The notes under the pieces: model-generated
Seen by the model: the letters and a program-made list of their open reading frames with translations, nothing else
The model's database searches: none
What the model was told of the DNA's origin: nothing
NCBI RefSeq assembly: GCF_030028105.1
Contig: NC_092384.1
Coordinates: 37,703,553-37,767,552 of the forward strand
Length of the DNA stretch: 64,000 nt
Origin: Mobula birostris
Lineage: Eukaryota
Direction of reading: 5' to 3'
Program-made: the position numbers and the translations under genes
Shown here: piece after piece, positions 25,139 to 36,833 of the stretch
How positions within the stretch are numbered: the stretch's first letter is position 1
Layout of the letters: each line of letters starts with the position of its first letter

Positions 25139-26171
25139 AAGTGCTGCTCTATTAGTCTACCCTCAATATTACCATTGTGTTAGAAAGTGTTGTTGATAGT
25201 TGTATATAGTTGGGGGTGGGGGAGGGAAGGGGAAAATTGCACATTAATAGTTTTTACATGTCTACAAAAGTAGATCCGAGTCTCTGTCTTGACTAACCTC
25301 CCAAAGCTATTCCAACACAAAAATATGCCAGGAATGTGAAACAATGATCTCCGATTGATCGGATGAATGCAGTTCTTGCAAAATGCAAGAGACTTGACAA
25401 AATCCAAACATTGGATTTGGCTAACACCCAATCCAACACCATCACTATCCACATCGTCCACCTGCAAGATGTACCTACTCCAAAACACAACATTGCAATC
25501 AAATGTTTTGTTCCAGTTTGAATCATGCAATACTATTTCTAACATGACTCAAAAGAAGGTTCATTGTTTGAAACAGTGTAGATATACATTGTATGTAATC
25601 AAGTTTTAGTTTACTTCACAAGGCCTCAATTCAGGGATAACAAAAAAAATGCAAGTTTCTTCGTGGGAGATGTGTGCAGAGTAAGTAGGTCTTTAATATG
25701 TCTGATAAAACTGATGCTGTCCTGACTGATCTTATAAACAATTTTCTTGTGTACATAAAAAGAGATAATTCACAGATTGAGAGATAATTCATCAGAAGCT
25801 CTCCACTAAATTCCCCTCTAATCTTTGATAGCCACTATGACAGTGATTTCCAAATTTATTCCTGAAAAAAAAAACACATCTACCTTTTAGATTATGCCAT
25901 CCAGTCAATCAGTTTAAATAGTTTATCTCTGATTAGTTCCCCATTGTAATTTGATAACTTTAATTAAATGATACTCCAAACATATGCATTCTAGGACATA
26001 AGTCAAGGTTAATTACCCTTTAATTTACTCCTTTGAATCCAGGAGTAATTTTGGTAAATGCACTCACTTCAAAGACAACAGAAGATGATCTCAAAGGGGC
26101 CCTCAGTACTCCAGATCTATTTTTATGCATTATTTAAAACTATGAGCCTTCTTTTTCATCACAATGTGGAT

Positions 26172-26467
26172 AGACAATAGACGCAGGAGTAGGCCATTCG
26201 GTACTTCAAGCCAGCACCGCCATTCACTGATCATCCACAATCAGTACCCCGTTCCTGCCTTCTCCCCATATCCCTTGACTCCTCTATCATTAAGAGCTCT
26301 ATCTAACTCTTTCTTGAAAGCATCCAGAGAATTGGCCTCCACTGCCTTCTGAGGCAGAGCATTCCACAGATCCACAACTCTCTGGGTGAAAAAGTTTTTC
26401 CTCAACTCTGTTTTAAATGGCCTACCCCTTATTCTCAAACTGTGGCCTCTGGTTCTGGACTTCCCCC
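26172..26467 (-). mobile_element. CR1 3' end
   Basis: IRGRPFKTELRKNFFTQRVVDLWNALP; highly similar to 12760-13010. Confidence 0.88.
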
Positions 26468-27796
26468 ATAGTGACAGGCAACAGACACAACATGCTGGAG
26501 GAACTCAGCAGGCCAAGCAGCATCTATGGAAAAGACTACAGTTGACATTGTGGGCCGAAACCCTTCGGCAGGACTCCTGAAACTCCAACTGTACTCTTTT
26601 CCATTGATGCCTGCTGTTCCTCTAGCATTTTTTGTGTGTTGCTTGGATTTCCAGCATCTGCAGATTTTCTCTTGTTTGTGATTGGATAGTGATGCTGTTG
26701 GATTGGGTGCCAGTCAAATTCATAAAACTGCAGATTTACCTTTACCTTGTATTCCTTACATACAATAGCCCCCGTTCTATTTTTTTTAATATTTTCTGAT
26801 TTGTTGATCATTACAATGTAGAGATAAAGTCTCTCTTTCCCAGTTATGAAGTGAATGGCAGTGTTCTGTCTTTCTCAGATCTAAAACAGATGATCTTACA
26901 CATATTTACACTGAAATTCCATTTCTTCTGTTTATCAATATTTCTGTTATTTTATGTACTTCCTGATTATATTGCTCTCTCTCTCTGAATCACTGGCAAA
27001 TTTTGTACTTCTTTAAAGAAAAAATACTAAAATACAAATACTTATAAAAATTGAAAAAAAACACCTGATATGTACAGTCTAAAATATTAACATTGAACAA
27101 ATTTATATTCTTATAGTTAGCTTTTAAGTCCTTGCATTGGGCACAGCAGCCAGATTCCACATTAAACTGCAGACGGGAAATACTGAATGCAAATAGAAGG
27201 GTAGGTGTGAGGAAAATGTTCATGAGTGTAAATGTAGCTTTATAATGTGATGATCTGCATGAGAAGTTTTTGAAACTAGTAACTGTGTTTGAATGACTTA
27301 TTATGCCAATCTAATTGTGCAATAATTAAAGCACTGCTTTTAAATGGCACTGTACTGCCGTCGAAAAATAATAAATTTCACAACTTGCCAATGATAATAA
27401 ACCTGATTCTGAAATAGAATTTCGACAGTGACATCTTCAAATCGGATAATTTATTAGCGATTGTCAAGATGGCTGTGGCTCAAAAGAGGGGAGCCATGGA
27501 ATCATAAGTAGCTAGCCATCTGGACACAAACTGGGGTCTGATCAGCCCCGGCTGGGTCACCTGGAGGAGGGTGTATGATGTTGAAAGACCCGAAACACCC
27601 GATGATTCCAAGAACATCACTGAAGATGTGTCCAGAAGCATCAGTAGATGTATGTACACAGCGACCAATTCTTTAACGCTTGGTGATGCATTTAGACATC
27701 ATTAGCGATATTGATACAGTTAACTCGCACACACAAAAAAACATATTCACAACAGAACGATAGACAATAAAAAAAACATTCAGACTCCTAGTTACA

Positions 27797-27927
27797 CACA
27801 GCAAAGTTGCTGGTGAACGCAGCAGGCCAGGCAGCATCTGAGAGATGCTGCCTGGCCTGCTGCGTTCACCAGCAACTTTGATGTGTGTTGCTTGAATTTC
27901 CAGCATCTGCAGAATTCCTCGTGTTTG
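27797..27927. mobile_element. Young Penelope-type fold-back insertion with a 16-bp TSD
   Basis: CAGACTCCTAGTTACA at 27781-27796 and 27928-27943; perfect 38-bp stem inside. Confidence 0.8.
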
Positions 27928-28239
27928 CAGACTCCTAGTTACATGTACTGTAACCTCTTAATTTTTTGATGCTTTGCGTTTTTTTACAGTTGCCTTACTG
28001 ACCTAGTATTTCAGATGTTGTACATTAATTAAAACAAATTACTTGTACAGGATCAGTGTTCACCTGGTGATACGGCTTTGACAGTTTAACACAGATAATA
28101 AAAAAAAGTACAGGGCAGACTGGGTCCCATTGCTGTGGTCCCAGGGTATGTTCTAGGGACAGCCAGATATTTGAAGTGTGACCTCCCTTTCAGGACCCCA
28201 CTTTCAGGACCAAGCACTTCCCCGAGCCCGGACACTCAC

Positions 28240-28311
28240 TTCGCCACCGCCCGGTCGCCGGCTGCAAGCAGGAGATGTACTCGGTCAGTCGCCTCTCGAA
28301 AGCTTTCAGGT
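28240..28311 (-). CDS. CNEP1R1: CNEP1R1 exon 2
   Basis: 72 nt; encodes [24 protein letters not shown] then |gtgagt. Confidence 0.97.
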
Positions 28312-28410
28312 CTGCAACACACAAAAAAAACAAGCGCAAGTCGCACCTGTTCCGCTGCAACAACGTGACCGCAGCCCGAGCTTGCCGCCTGCTGAGCGCC
28401 ACCAGCTTAC

Positions 28411-28435
28411 CTTCCGCTTGCTCCAGGGAGTTCAT
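28411..28435 (-). CDS. CNEP1R1: CNEP1R1 exon 1 (start codon)
   Basis: ATGAACTCCCTGGAGCAAGCGGAAG|gtaagc encodes MNSLEQAE. The six exons total 378 nt, i.e. 125 aa plus stop. Confidence 0.96.
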
Positions 28436-29000
28436 GGTCAGAATCGGCCGCTCACAGCCCTCAGCCCGCCGCGGACTTCCACACGCCCCGCTGCCGCTCT
28501 CGCCTCGCTCCTCGTTCCCAGACGCCACGGCTGATTGGTCGCTCGCAGCGGCAGCGTCCACGATGGAAGGGGCATCCTGATTGGCGGAGAGCGCCAGTGC
28601 GTGCTTGTGTTTCTGGTTCCGGTGCAGGTTAGCAGCGAGGGAAAGGCAGCTCAGAGAGGTGAGTTATGGTTTGGTTTTCCTTCTCCACTCCGGACTTTTC
28701 TGCTTCAACAGCGCCCGTGGGATGGAGTCGCCGCCTCCTACCTGATGAACTGTGGGTGCTTAGGTTCCTTCACGGCTCGTTGTGCGCGATCTCGACCTGT
28801 GCTTGGGCCGTGAATCTCCCTTTGTTGCTTTACATGGCGGCGCGGCCTAGTTGCTGTTATCGTTTGTCGTCGTAGGAGGCATCCCACTCTCCCCGGCCCC
28901 ACGTCGCCGGGTCGGATCGGCCAGCTTTTCCTCGCCCACAAACTCTCCCCACAGTCTGTTCGTGGCCCTTCATCCAACGTCGGTGTTCGTTGCTTCGTCA
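28436..29000. promoter_or_regulatory. Bidirectional CpG-island promoter (CNEP1R1 / NCOA5-like)
   Basis: CpG-rich; CTGATTGG CCAAT boxes at 28531 and 28577; YY1-like ACATGGCGGC at 28832; plus-strand donor GAG|GTGAGT at 28658/28659. Confidence 0.75.
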
Positions 29001-30109
29001 GACCTCTAATTCAATGTTGGTGAATTTGCTCACAGCAAGTGACATGTCGCTCTTCCTAAACCCGTGTTGTGAGATAGCGATTTTCAGCCGCTGTCATTTT
29101 TAAACTTAACTAGAACTAGTTGTTTTTATCAAGATGGATTAGAAAAATAGGTTTTTCTTAAGACTATTTATGACACTGTTTATATAATTATCAACAGGTT
29201 CCCAAGTTCGGGACTTTTCTTTGGGAGACCAAATCCGGAATAGTTACTAAATCAGGTGAAATAGGAGCAATTGTTTTGAAGTTCTGCAGGATGACTAGGA
29301 CATCAAACCTGCCCCCACCGTTTATACTGATCTATGCTGGCCCCATTATGCACCATCTAATGCTTCGAGTTTTATAGCTGTAAAATTTACAGTCATTAAA
29401 ATAAAAATGGTTAGCTTTTCAGTAGGACAGTCAGATTTGCCAGAACGGGTAAGCTGTCTGTCATCACTTTTAATCGTTTCAAGTCACTATGAGCAGTATT
29501 AAGAAGAGTTGACGGTGCTGATTGGGAAGGGTATCATATTTAGGTTTTTAGAAGGTGAGCTCTTGTGGATGCAGTTATTTTATTTGCTGTTGCATAACTT
29601 TATTTCGACAGTGTACTTTGCAGCCTTGGAGTTGTGCTGTTGAGTCAAATTTCACAATCACCATGTTGTATACGTGACATTGTTATGTCAGTTTGTTGGT
29701 TTTCCATTTTTGAAGAGAAACTTTAGAGGTAATTTTCTAGATGTTACAATGTTTCATTTGTTCTGAGTCCACTGCAATGTTTTCCATTTTTATTTTAGAT
29801 TTGCTGCATTTTCTTATTTGCTTTTGTGGAGTCGTTACAGATTGTCTAGGTAGTCTTTTGGTAGGAAACAGAATGAGGGTGCAGCTGGATCCCTTTCACC
29901 ACTTGCCGCCCAGGTGCATGAGGAGAGTAATCATTTACAAGAGTGTATGTGGCCATTGTGCATTTGTGTCATTCAAAGTAACTGGATTGTGACATTGGAT
30001 GGGGTCTACTATACAGTTAGTGGGCTTTTATAAAATGGATCTATTCATCTAATTTAAAAATAGCTTCCACTTCTAATATGTGTGGTATGTTCGCATATGT
30101 ATTTAAATA

Positions 30110-30870
30110 CAAAATCAGAATTACATTCGTTTTCGCTGACGTATGTTGTGAAATTTGTTTTGTGGCAGCAGTACAGTGCAAGACATAAAAAGTTACTATT
30201 AAATTACAATAAAAAATGTCCTCCTACTGGCATTGCATGGAGTAGACGTGTTTCTCGAACGGCTCCATTCTTTTTATATTACTGAATCCAATCTGCTTTG
30301 AAAACTTACTCTTGGCGTATTATGATGTATCGTGCTAAAGCTTCTAAAAAAAAAAGAGAATCCTTCTGTGACTAGTAAGTTGTGCAAAAGAGGAATGGTG
30401 GGTACATGGATCATTCTGAAATCTGGCAAAGGGAAAGAAGCTGTTTCTAAAATGTTAAATGTATGAATTTGGGCTCCTGTACCACCTCCCTGATGGAAAT
30501 AATGAGAAGAGGGCATGTCCCTGAATGTTTAATCATGGATGCCATGTTCCTGAGCCACGGTCTTTGAAGGATTTCCTTGATGGTGGGGAGGCTGGTGCCC
30601 GGGATGGAACTGGCTGAGTCTCCAGCCCTCTGGAACCTCTTCTGATCCTGTGCATTGGAGCCTCCATACTGTGCGGTGACGTAACCGGTCAAAATGCTCT
30701 CCATTGTACATATTTGTTAGAGTCTTTAGTGATATACCAAATCTCCAAATACTCCTGATGAAGAACAGCTGCTGATGTGCACTCTTATTGATATGTTGGG
30801 TCCAGGATAGATCATTTGAGATGTTAGTGCCAGGAACTTGAAGCTGCTCACTCTTTTGACAGCTAACCCT
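30110..30870 (-). mobile_element. Rex/Babar-like LINE 3' fragment interrupted by about 160 bp of unrelated DNA
   Basis: ESILTGYVTAQYGGSNAQDQKRFQR motif and family-type tail. Confidence 0.75.
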
Positions 30871-32215
30871 TCAATGAGTTCATGTGCGGTGCAGCGTAAT
30901 GGGAATAAAAGTTGGGAAAGTGGAAGGAATATGCAGCAAGTTCATGAAAGAAATTAGCTTGAACATTAGATATTTCAACATCTGTAACATAATTGAACTC
31001 TACTTCAAGTCAAGTTTAGTGTGTCAAATGCACAGGAATGCTGAAGTTAGGTACAGTAAAAACTTGCTAATATTAGCATCACAGACACGTGGGTTCAGGC
31101 AACGCATAGAACATGAACATATAGTAATCATACCAGGTGGTGAACGAAAGACTTTTCAAAATTATTGAAAGGAGTACAGGTATAGTTGGAACAGATTTGG
31201 AATACTGTTGGCCATATGCTCATATTTGTCCCTTTAGTCTTTAATTGCCCACAACTCCCCTTTGATTCCTTTTGCCATGAACTTACATTACGGGGTATTT
31301 ATTGTAGCCAGAGCAGCATATAGAACCATACAACCAGAAAACTACAGTACAGAAATCAGGCCATTCAGCCCTTCTAGTCTGTGCAGAAACATTCCATTAG
31401 TCTTTACGATGTGGGAAGAAATTGGTGCACCTGGAGGAAATCCACAATCGCAAGGTGGACGTGCAAGCTCCTCACAAATGCCAATCAAACCCTAGTTCCT
31501 GGAGCTCTGAGGCAGTTTCTCCATCATATATGGTCAGCTCAACATATAAAGTCACTAACTGAATTTGCAACATTGTTGTAGAAGCAATCTGTTCCTATAT
31601 TAAAAAATTCCATTTACTTGGAATAGGAAAAAATTTTGGTCGGTAATTAAAGAGAACTGTGGCAACTTAACTGATAGTCCAGCTGAAATGTGACACAAGG
31701 CTGTTTTGTGTGAAATTGGAGCAATGCAACTGGATGAGTTGGAACCGAAAATTTTAATTAATTTATTATTCAGAGATTTGAATACAGTTACAGAACATTT
31801 GCATGGTGATATTCAGCTTTTCTTTGTAGTAACAAAATTATGGAGTTTTTTATTTGAAAAGCGCTGTTTGGAGTTGTAAAATTTTAGCATCAGCTAGTCC
31901 AGTTACTATATTTTTGTAGTTAGTGTTGAAGATTAGCTTGTGTGATGCTAATTAATTTTCTTTGTATTGTTTAATTTGTAAAATTTGTGAGAACATTGCG
32001 CTGTTTAACATCCTACTAATGGCTCCATTTCCTTTTGATTTAAAATACCTCTTCTTTAGAATTGTAGTGTTGATGGAATGTAAAGGGGCAAAGGAAAGAT
32101 CTAGGACTCTGAAAAATTCCAACCAATATATGCAAACAGGTAATTTATTACTTGATGCTATTAAAGTAAAGACATTTAAGTAATGCTTCCTCGATATTTC
32201 TTTTTGTAGGTTAAG

Positions 32216-32274
32216 ATGGCTACTTGGATAAAGCCTAGGGTGGCCCCAACACACAAACTCAGCGCAGATGGAAC
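32216..32274 (+). CDS. NCOA5-like gene, first coding exon (predicted)
   Basis: ttttgtag|GTTAAGATGGCT with good Kozak context; encodes MATWIKPRVAPTHKLSADG then |gtaagg, phase 2. Based on splice signals only. Confidence 0.6.
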
Positions 32275-32670
32275 GTAAGGAAGGTTTAAAAATATTACCT
32301 ACTTTTCCTGAAAAATCTGTATAAAAGTCTGCATTCCTTTAGTTTTGGAGTTTTTTTTTCAATTGCCTATTTGCTTCAGTTTTTGGAAGTTAATGAAACT
32401 TCTTGTTGCTTGAACAACCTAAAATAGAAATCCCACCATTTAAAATGTTGCTAGTTTCCTTTGGAGTAAAAGTGTACATTAGATGTTCTGACTGAAAACC
32501 ACTGACCCACTGGGTAGAGACAAATAAATGTTGACCATTTTTAGCATGGTTTTTGTTGATTACATATCCTTTGTTTTACACCTTTAGGCAGTGCGTAGAA
32601 CGAGTATATTAAGATCGTTTCAGACCAAGTCCTGGAAATTGACTCATTCTGTTTTCCTTCTCTCCCTCAG

Positions 32671-32718
32671 TACATATGTAGCTGCAGAATACAATGTTCC
32701 CAGAGAAGCTTTGCAAAG
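32671..32718 (+). CDS. NCOA5-like gene, 48-nt exon (predicted)
   Basis: Strong pyrimidine tract and cag|...AAG|gtatgt; phase 2-2 and open: TYVAAEYNVPREALQR. Confidence 0.5.
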
Positions 32719-35129
32719 GTATGTGAAAACAACTTAAGAAATAATGGGATAAAGATTATTTTGAATTTGGAACACAAGGGGTGGAAATGGAAGAACAGGT
32801 TTCCTGCATCAAATTGGCATCTTGAATTTCCACTAAGTAGAATGTGAATCTTTCTCTTTTCTGCCAGAGCCTTTGTATTAGTGCTGGCTGCAAATAAGGA
32901 CATCATAACTAATTGTTGCAACAATATCCAAACAATAACTTTGTTGCTGACCCTGTTTCCATACACTGGTTGGCCTTAATGGTATGGTCCATGGCATAAC
33001 AAAAGGTTGAGTACGCCTACTCCAAATATAGTCCTACCTGAAATTTCCAATATTTTCTTTTTTTAATTTTGGATTTCTTGAATCTGCAGTTTCATGCTTA
33101 ACAAAAAGTTTATCCATTTTTATCTAACTGTGGTACTAAAAAGATAGTCTTTTTCTGTATTCTAGTCAGTTTTGACAGCACTGCAAATTATGTTTTGTTT
33201 CTGTAAACACCTGTTAGAAAAGCCTTGTGTATTTTCCAGTCTCAACAATTTGATTTTAATAATGGCAGGTGCTTTGCTAGAAATCTGTGGCTTGTCACGC
33301 CTGCAAATATGTCAATCACTACTGAAACTGCCTAATAATCAGGAGTGAAGAGCCACCTTGGCCATGATTTTTCAATTGATAAAGAGACGACATTTGCCAT
33401 AAGCTTAGGAAAATCTGGACAGCAATCTTGAGTGGCATGAATTTTCCCTTTCCTGCTGCATGTAACTGTTAGTTACCTTTTGTGGAAGCTATGATCAGAC
33501 AATCAGATCAAAGCATTCTTGCATGACGCACTAGTGTGGGGGGGTGTGCTCATCGAGATTATCGTTCGGAAGGAGTTGGGATTCCCACACATATAATGTT
33601 AGCTTTTCAGGTCTGAGAGCACAGCTTACTAATTGAAGAATGCTGTTAAAATCACAAATAACCTCATGAACATTGCATTTTGCTTTTAACATCAAGGATG
33701 GCAACTTAACAAAAAAATTCACATCTATTCGCTGATTCTGTGTTGCTTGCCTTAGCAACAATCGAAGTAATGCACATTGTTGTGACAACTTTTCAGCAAT
33801 GTGAATTTCTACACATGTTGGAAACTTCTGTCAGTTTTATAGAGTAATAATGATCACTGTTGATAGTTTTATATCATTAATACCATGAATTCCAGACATT
33901 TCTTCATTATGAATACTTATCGAAGGGATCTGGTATTAGTATCAACACTTTGAGATATACAGGAGCGTGAAGACTCATACTCAACAATTTAAGAACTGCT
34001 TCTTTCCCTCTACAATCAGATTTCTGAATGGTGTATGAACACTCTCACTATTCATTTTCTTGCACTTATTTAATTTGTAAATTTATAGTTTTGTGTCTTT
34101 GTATTGTATTGCTGATGAAAAGCAATTTTTCACATCATATAAGACAGTCAGAATAAATTTTATTCTGATTCTGAATCAGTTTGGGAATATTGGAATATTC
34201 ACATCATCTAAAATTGATAAACACCCTGTTCTAAAATGACTAAAGCGTGTAAAATGCATATTAATTAATTCATGGCAAACTGCTGCTCACTGCATTTTGA
34301 TGGAGTTCTCTTGCTCTCAGAGTAATTGCTGTAGCTGCTGTTTTCTATGCTTTGTTGAATAGACTGTTTTCTCAGACTCTGCTTTACAGTATATTGCTGT
34401 GAGTCATTTTTCCTCCCTTACACAACAGTGGCTAAAGCAATGCAATCCATAATTAGTGTTTTACGCAATTATTAGCACTGTCAGCCAATTATCTCTTGGT
34501 ATAAAACAAGGCAGTTTAACCCATTAATGATATGTTAAGAAACTGAAGCATCTTTCAATAAATAAAGTATAATTTCTGCAAGAAAATGAAATAACAGTTA
34601 TAAAATTGTGGACAGAATCCGTTTCAGGCACTTAAAACAGCATAGATACTGGTCGACAACAAAATTATCAAATCATTTCTATCTAGGTTAGGCAAAACGT
34701 CACCATCAGCGGATTTTTTTTAATACTTGCCATGCAGTTGGTCTTACTTAAAATAATGGAAACAGTTGACCTAAGAAGTAGGGTTTGTTTTTCAAAGCAC
34801 CTTCTTAACATCAGCACAATCCAGAAAGAGACAATTACCTTTGATTGAGTTGATACTTACAGGTTTGAACTGACTGTCTTTGTCTTAATATATCTTTTCC
34901 ATAATTTATCCCTTAATTAAAACTAAAGCTGAGGTTGCCATTGCAACATTGGGATAAATAGAGTCATGAGGTTACAGTCATACTTTCCTTGATCCTCTAA
35001 GTGTAGTTGTTTTCTCAGTCATGAAATGTGAAATTGCTAATCATGCTTCCCCAGGGTGTCAGGTGAAGTTACAACTTAATTGTCTCGAAGCAGAATTATT
35101 GTCCCTGAATAAGTTGCGAAACTTATTGT

Positions 35130-36060
35130 TATGCCTGCACTGTACTGCACAAAATTTGTTTGAGGCAGCAGTACAGTGCAGGCATTACAAATTACTGTAA
35201 GTTACAATCAAAATAAATATAGCTTGCAAGAGGAACGTGAGGTCGTGTTCATTGACTGATGGCAGAGGGAAAGAAGCTGTTACTAAAATGTTGAGTTGGG
35301 GTCTTCAGCTTCATGCACCTCTCCCTGTTGGTAGCAATGAGAAATGCATGTTCTGGGTCTTTAATGATTGGTGCCACCTTCTTGAGGTACAGCCTTTGAA
35401 AATTATCCTTGATGGTGGGGAGGCTTGTGGTTGCTGTCAAAAACCTCTGAAGCCCCATATGATCTTGTGGATTGGCACCTCTACCAGGCAGTGATGGAGT
35501 CAATCAGAACACTCTCCACTGTACATCTTTAGAAATTTGCTAGCATCTTTGATGTGACATACCAGATCTCCACAAACACCTTGTGTAGTACAGCTGCTGG
35601 AATGCCTTCATTGTCATTGCAACAATATAGTGAGTCCAGAATAGATCCTCTGAGAAGTTGGCACCAAGGAACTTGAAAACGCTCACTCTCTCCACTGCTG
35701 ACCGGCTTGTGAGGATTCACCCCCTTGAAGGATGCTTTGACTTCCTCCTGCGAGACAGAGATCACCAGATACTGTAGGCATTTGCACAAGTGTAGTTTTA
35801 TTCTCCAATACAAAGCATGTACTAAAAGCATTGAGCTCATACTTTAGTGAAGCATTACTGCCAATTATATTGTTAGGTTTCACCTTGTAGGAAGTAATGG
35901 CATGCAAACCCTGCCACAGCTGGCATGCATACAATTGTGCTTCTAACTTCACATGGAATTGCCTTTGTGCCATCACGACAGTCTTCAATAGGTTGTCCCT
36001 GGGCTTCTTGAATGGCTCTGGATCACTGGTCTTATATGCCATAGACCTGTACACAATTCT
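35130..36060 (-). mobile_element. Rex/Babar-like LINE, multiply deleted
   Basis: LWQGLHAITSYK and RLYLKKVAPIIKDP motifs. Confidence 0.75.
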
Positions 36061-36756
36061 CCACAGGTTGTTGTAGCATGTTAACGCTTAACAACTTGGT
36101 AAGTCTTGGTGCCTGACAAATGTTGACTTGGCAGATGACCCTGTATATATTACTCATTCCAATTCTTTGTAAACTTGCTATTTTGTTTATCTCTTGGCTC
36201 AAAGTTTCACATGCCCCTTTCTGTACGAACTTGTACTTCATGGTTTCAAAAACAAAAAGCTGCAGGTTCTGGAAATCAAAATAAAACAGATAATGCTGGA
36301 AATGCCAGCTGGATTAGGTAACACTTGTGGAGATTATTCTTCATTCTGATTAATTGTTCAAGGAAGTGCACAGCCATGTGATTGATATCCCCTCTTGATT
36401 GTAGTATGTTGCGGTTGATTTTCTCTGGACCCAGATATAGTGATCAACGTATTTGCTCTTTGCTGCTGCTGTTCACCCATTCCCAGTCTTAAAATATCCA
36501 AAAGTTAAACAAATGTTTGACCCCCTTGATCTCTCAAATTTTCAGATTCATCTGTATGGTAAGCACTTGTTGCTGAAGAGAATGGAAATGCCTTAGAGAT
36601 TGTTGAAAAGCTTGCATTGACAGCTTTCTTATTTACATTGGCTTTCTTGCAATATCATTAGTTAACTTCAAAGGTTGTGCATATTTTTGATTTCATTAGA
36701 TAAGTGTAACCTCATTTTATAGCGCTGGAATTTATCCTACTTCTGTCCTCTTTTAG

Positions 36757-36833
36757 AACGAATGAAGTTGTGGAATATTATGGTGGTTATCCTGAAGGTT
36801 ACACTGCGGAGGATTACAACTACACCTGGAGTG
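36757..36833 (+). CDS. NCOA5-like gene, 77-nt Tyr-rich exon (predicted)
   Basis: cttttag|...G|gtacga; bridges phase 2 to phase 1; encodes TNEVVEYYGGYPEGYTAEDYNYTWS. Confidence 0.6.

Noticed and set aside
28436-28561. N-terminal extension of CNEP1R1 in the ORF track
   Set aside because: Starts at GTG inside the promoter; the conserved start is ATG at 28435.
36487-36558. 72-nt exon-like segment (cag|...|gtaagc) in the NCOA5-like gene
   Set aside because: Contains TAA in the required frame; at most a poison exon, with no supporting evidence.
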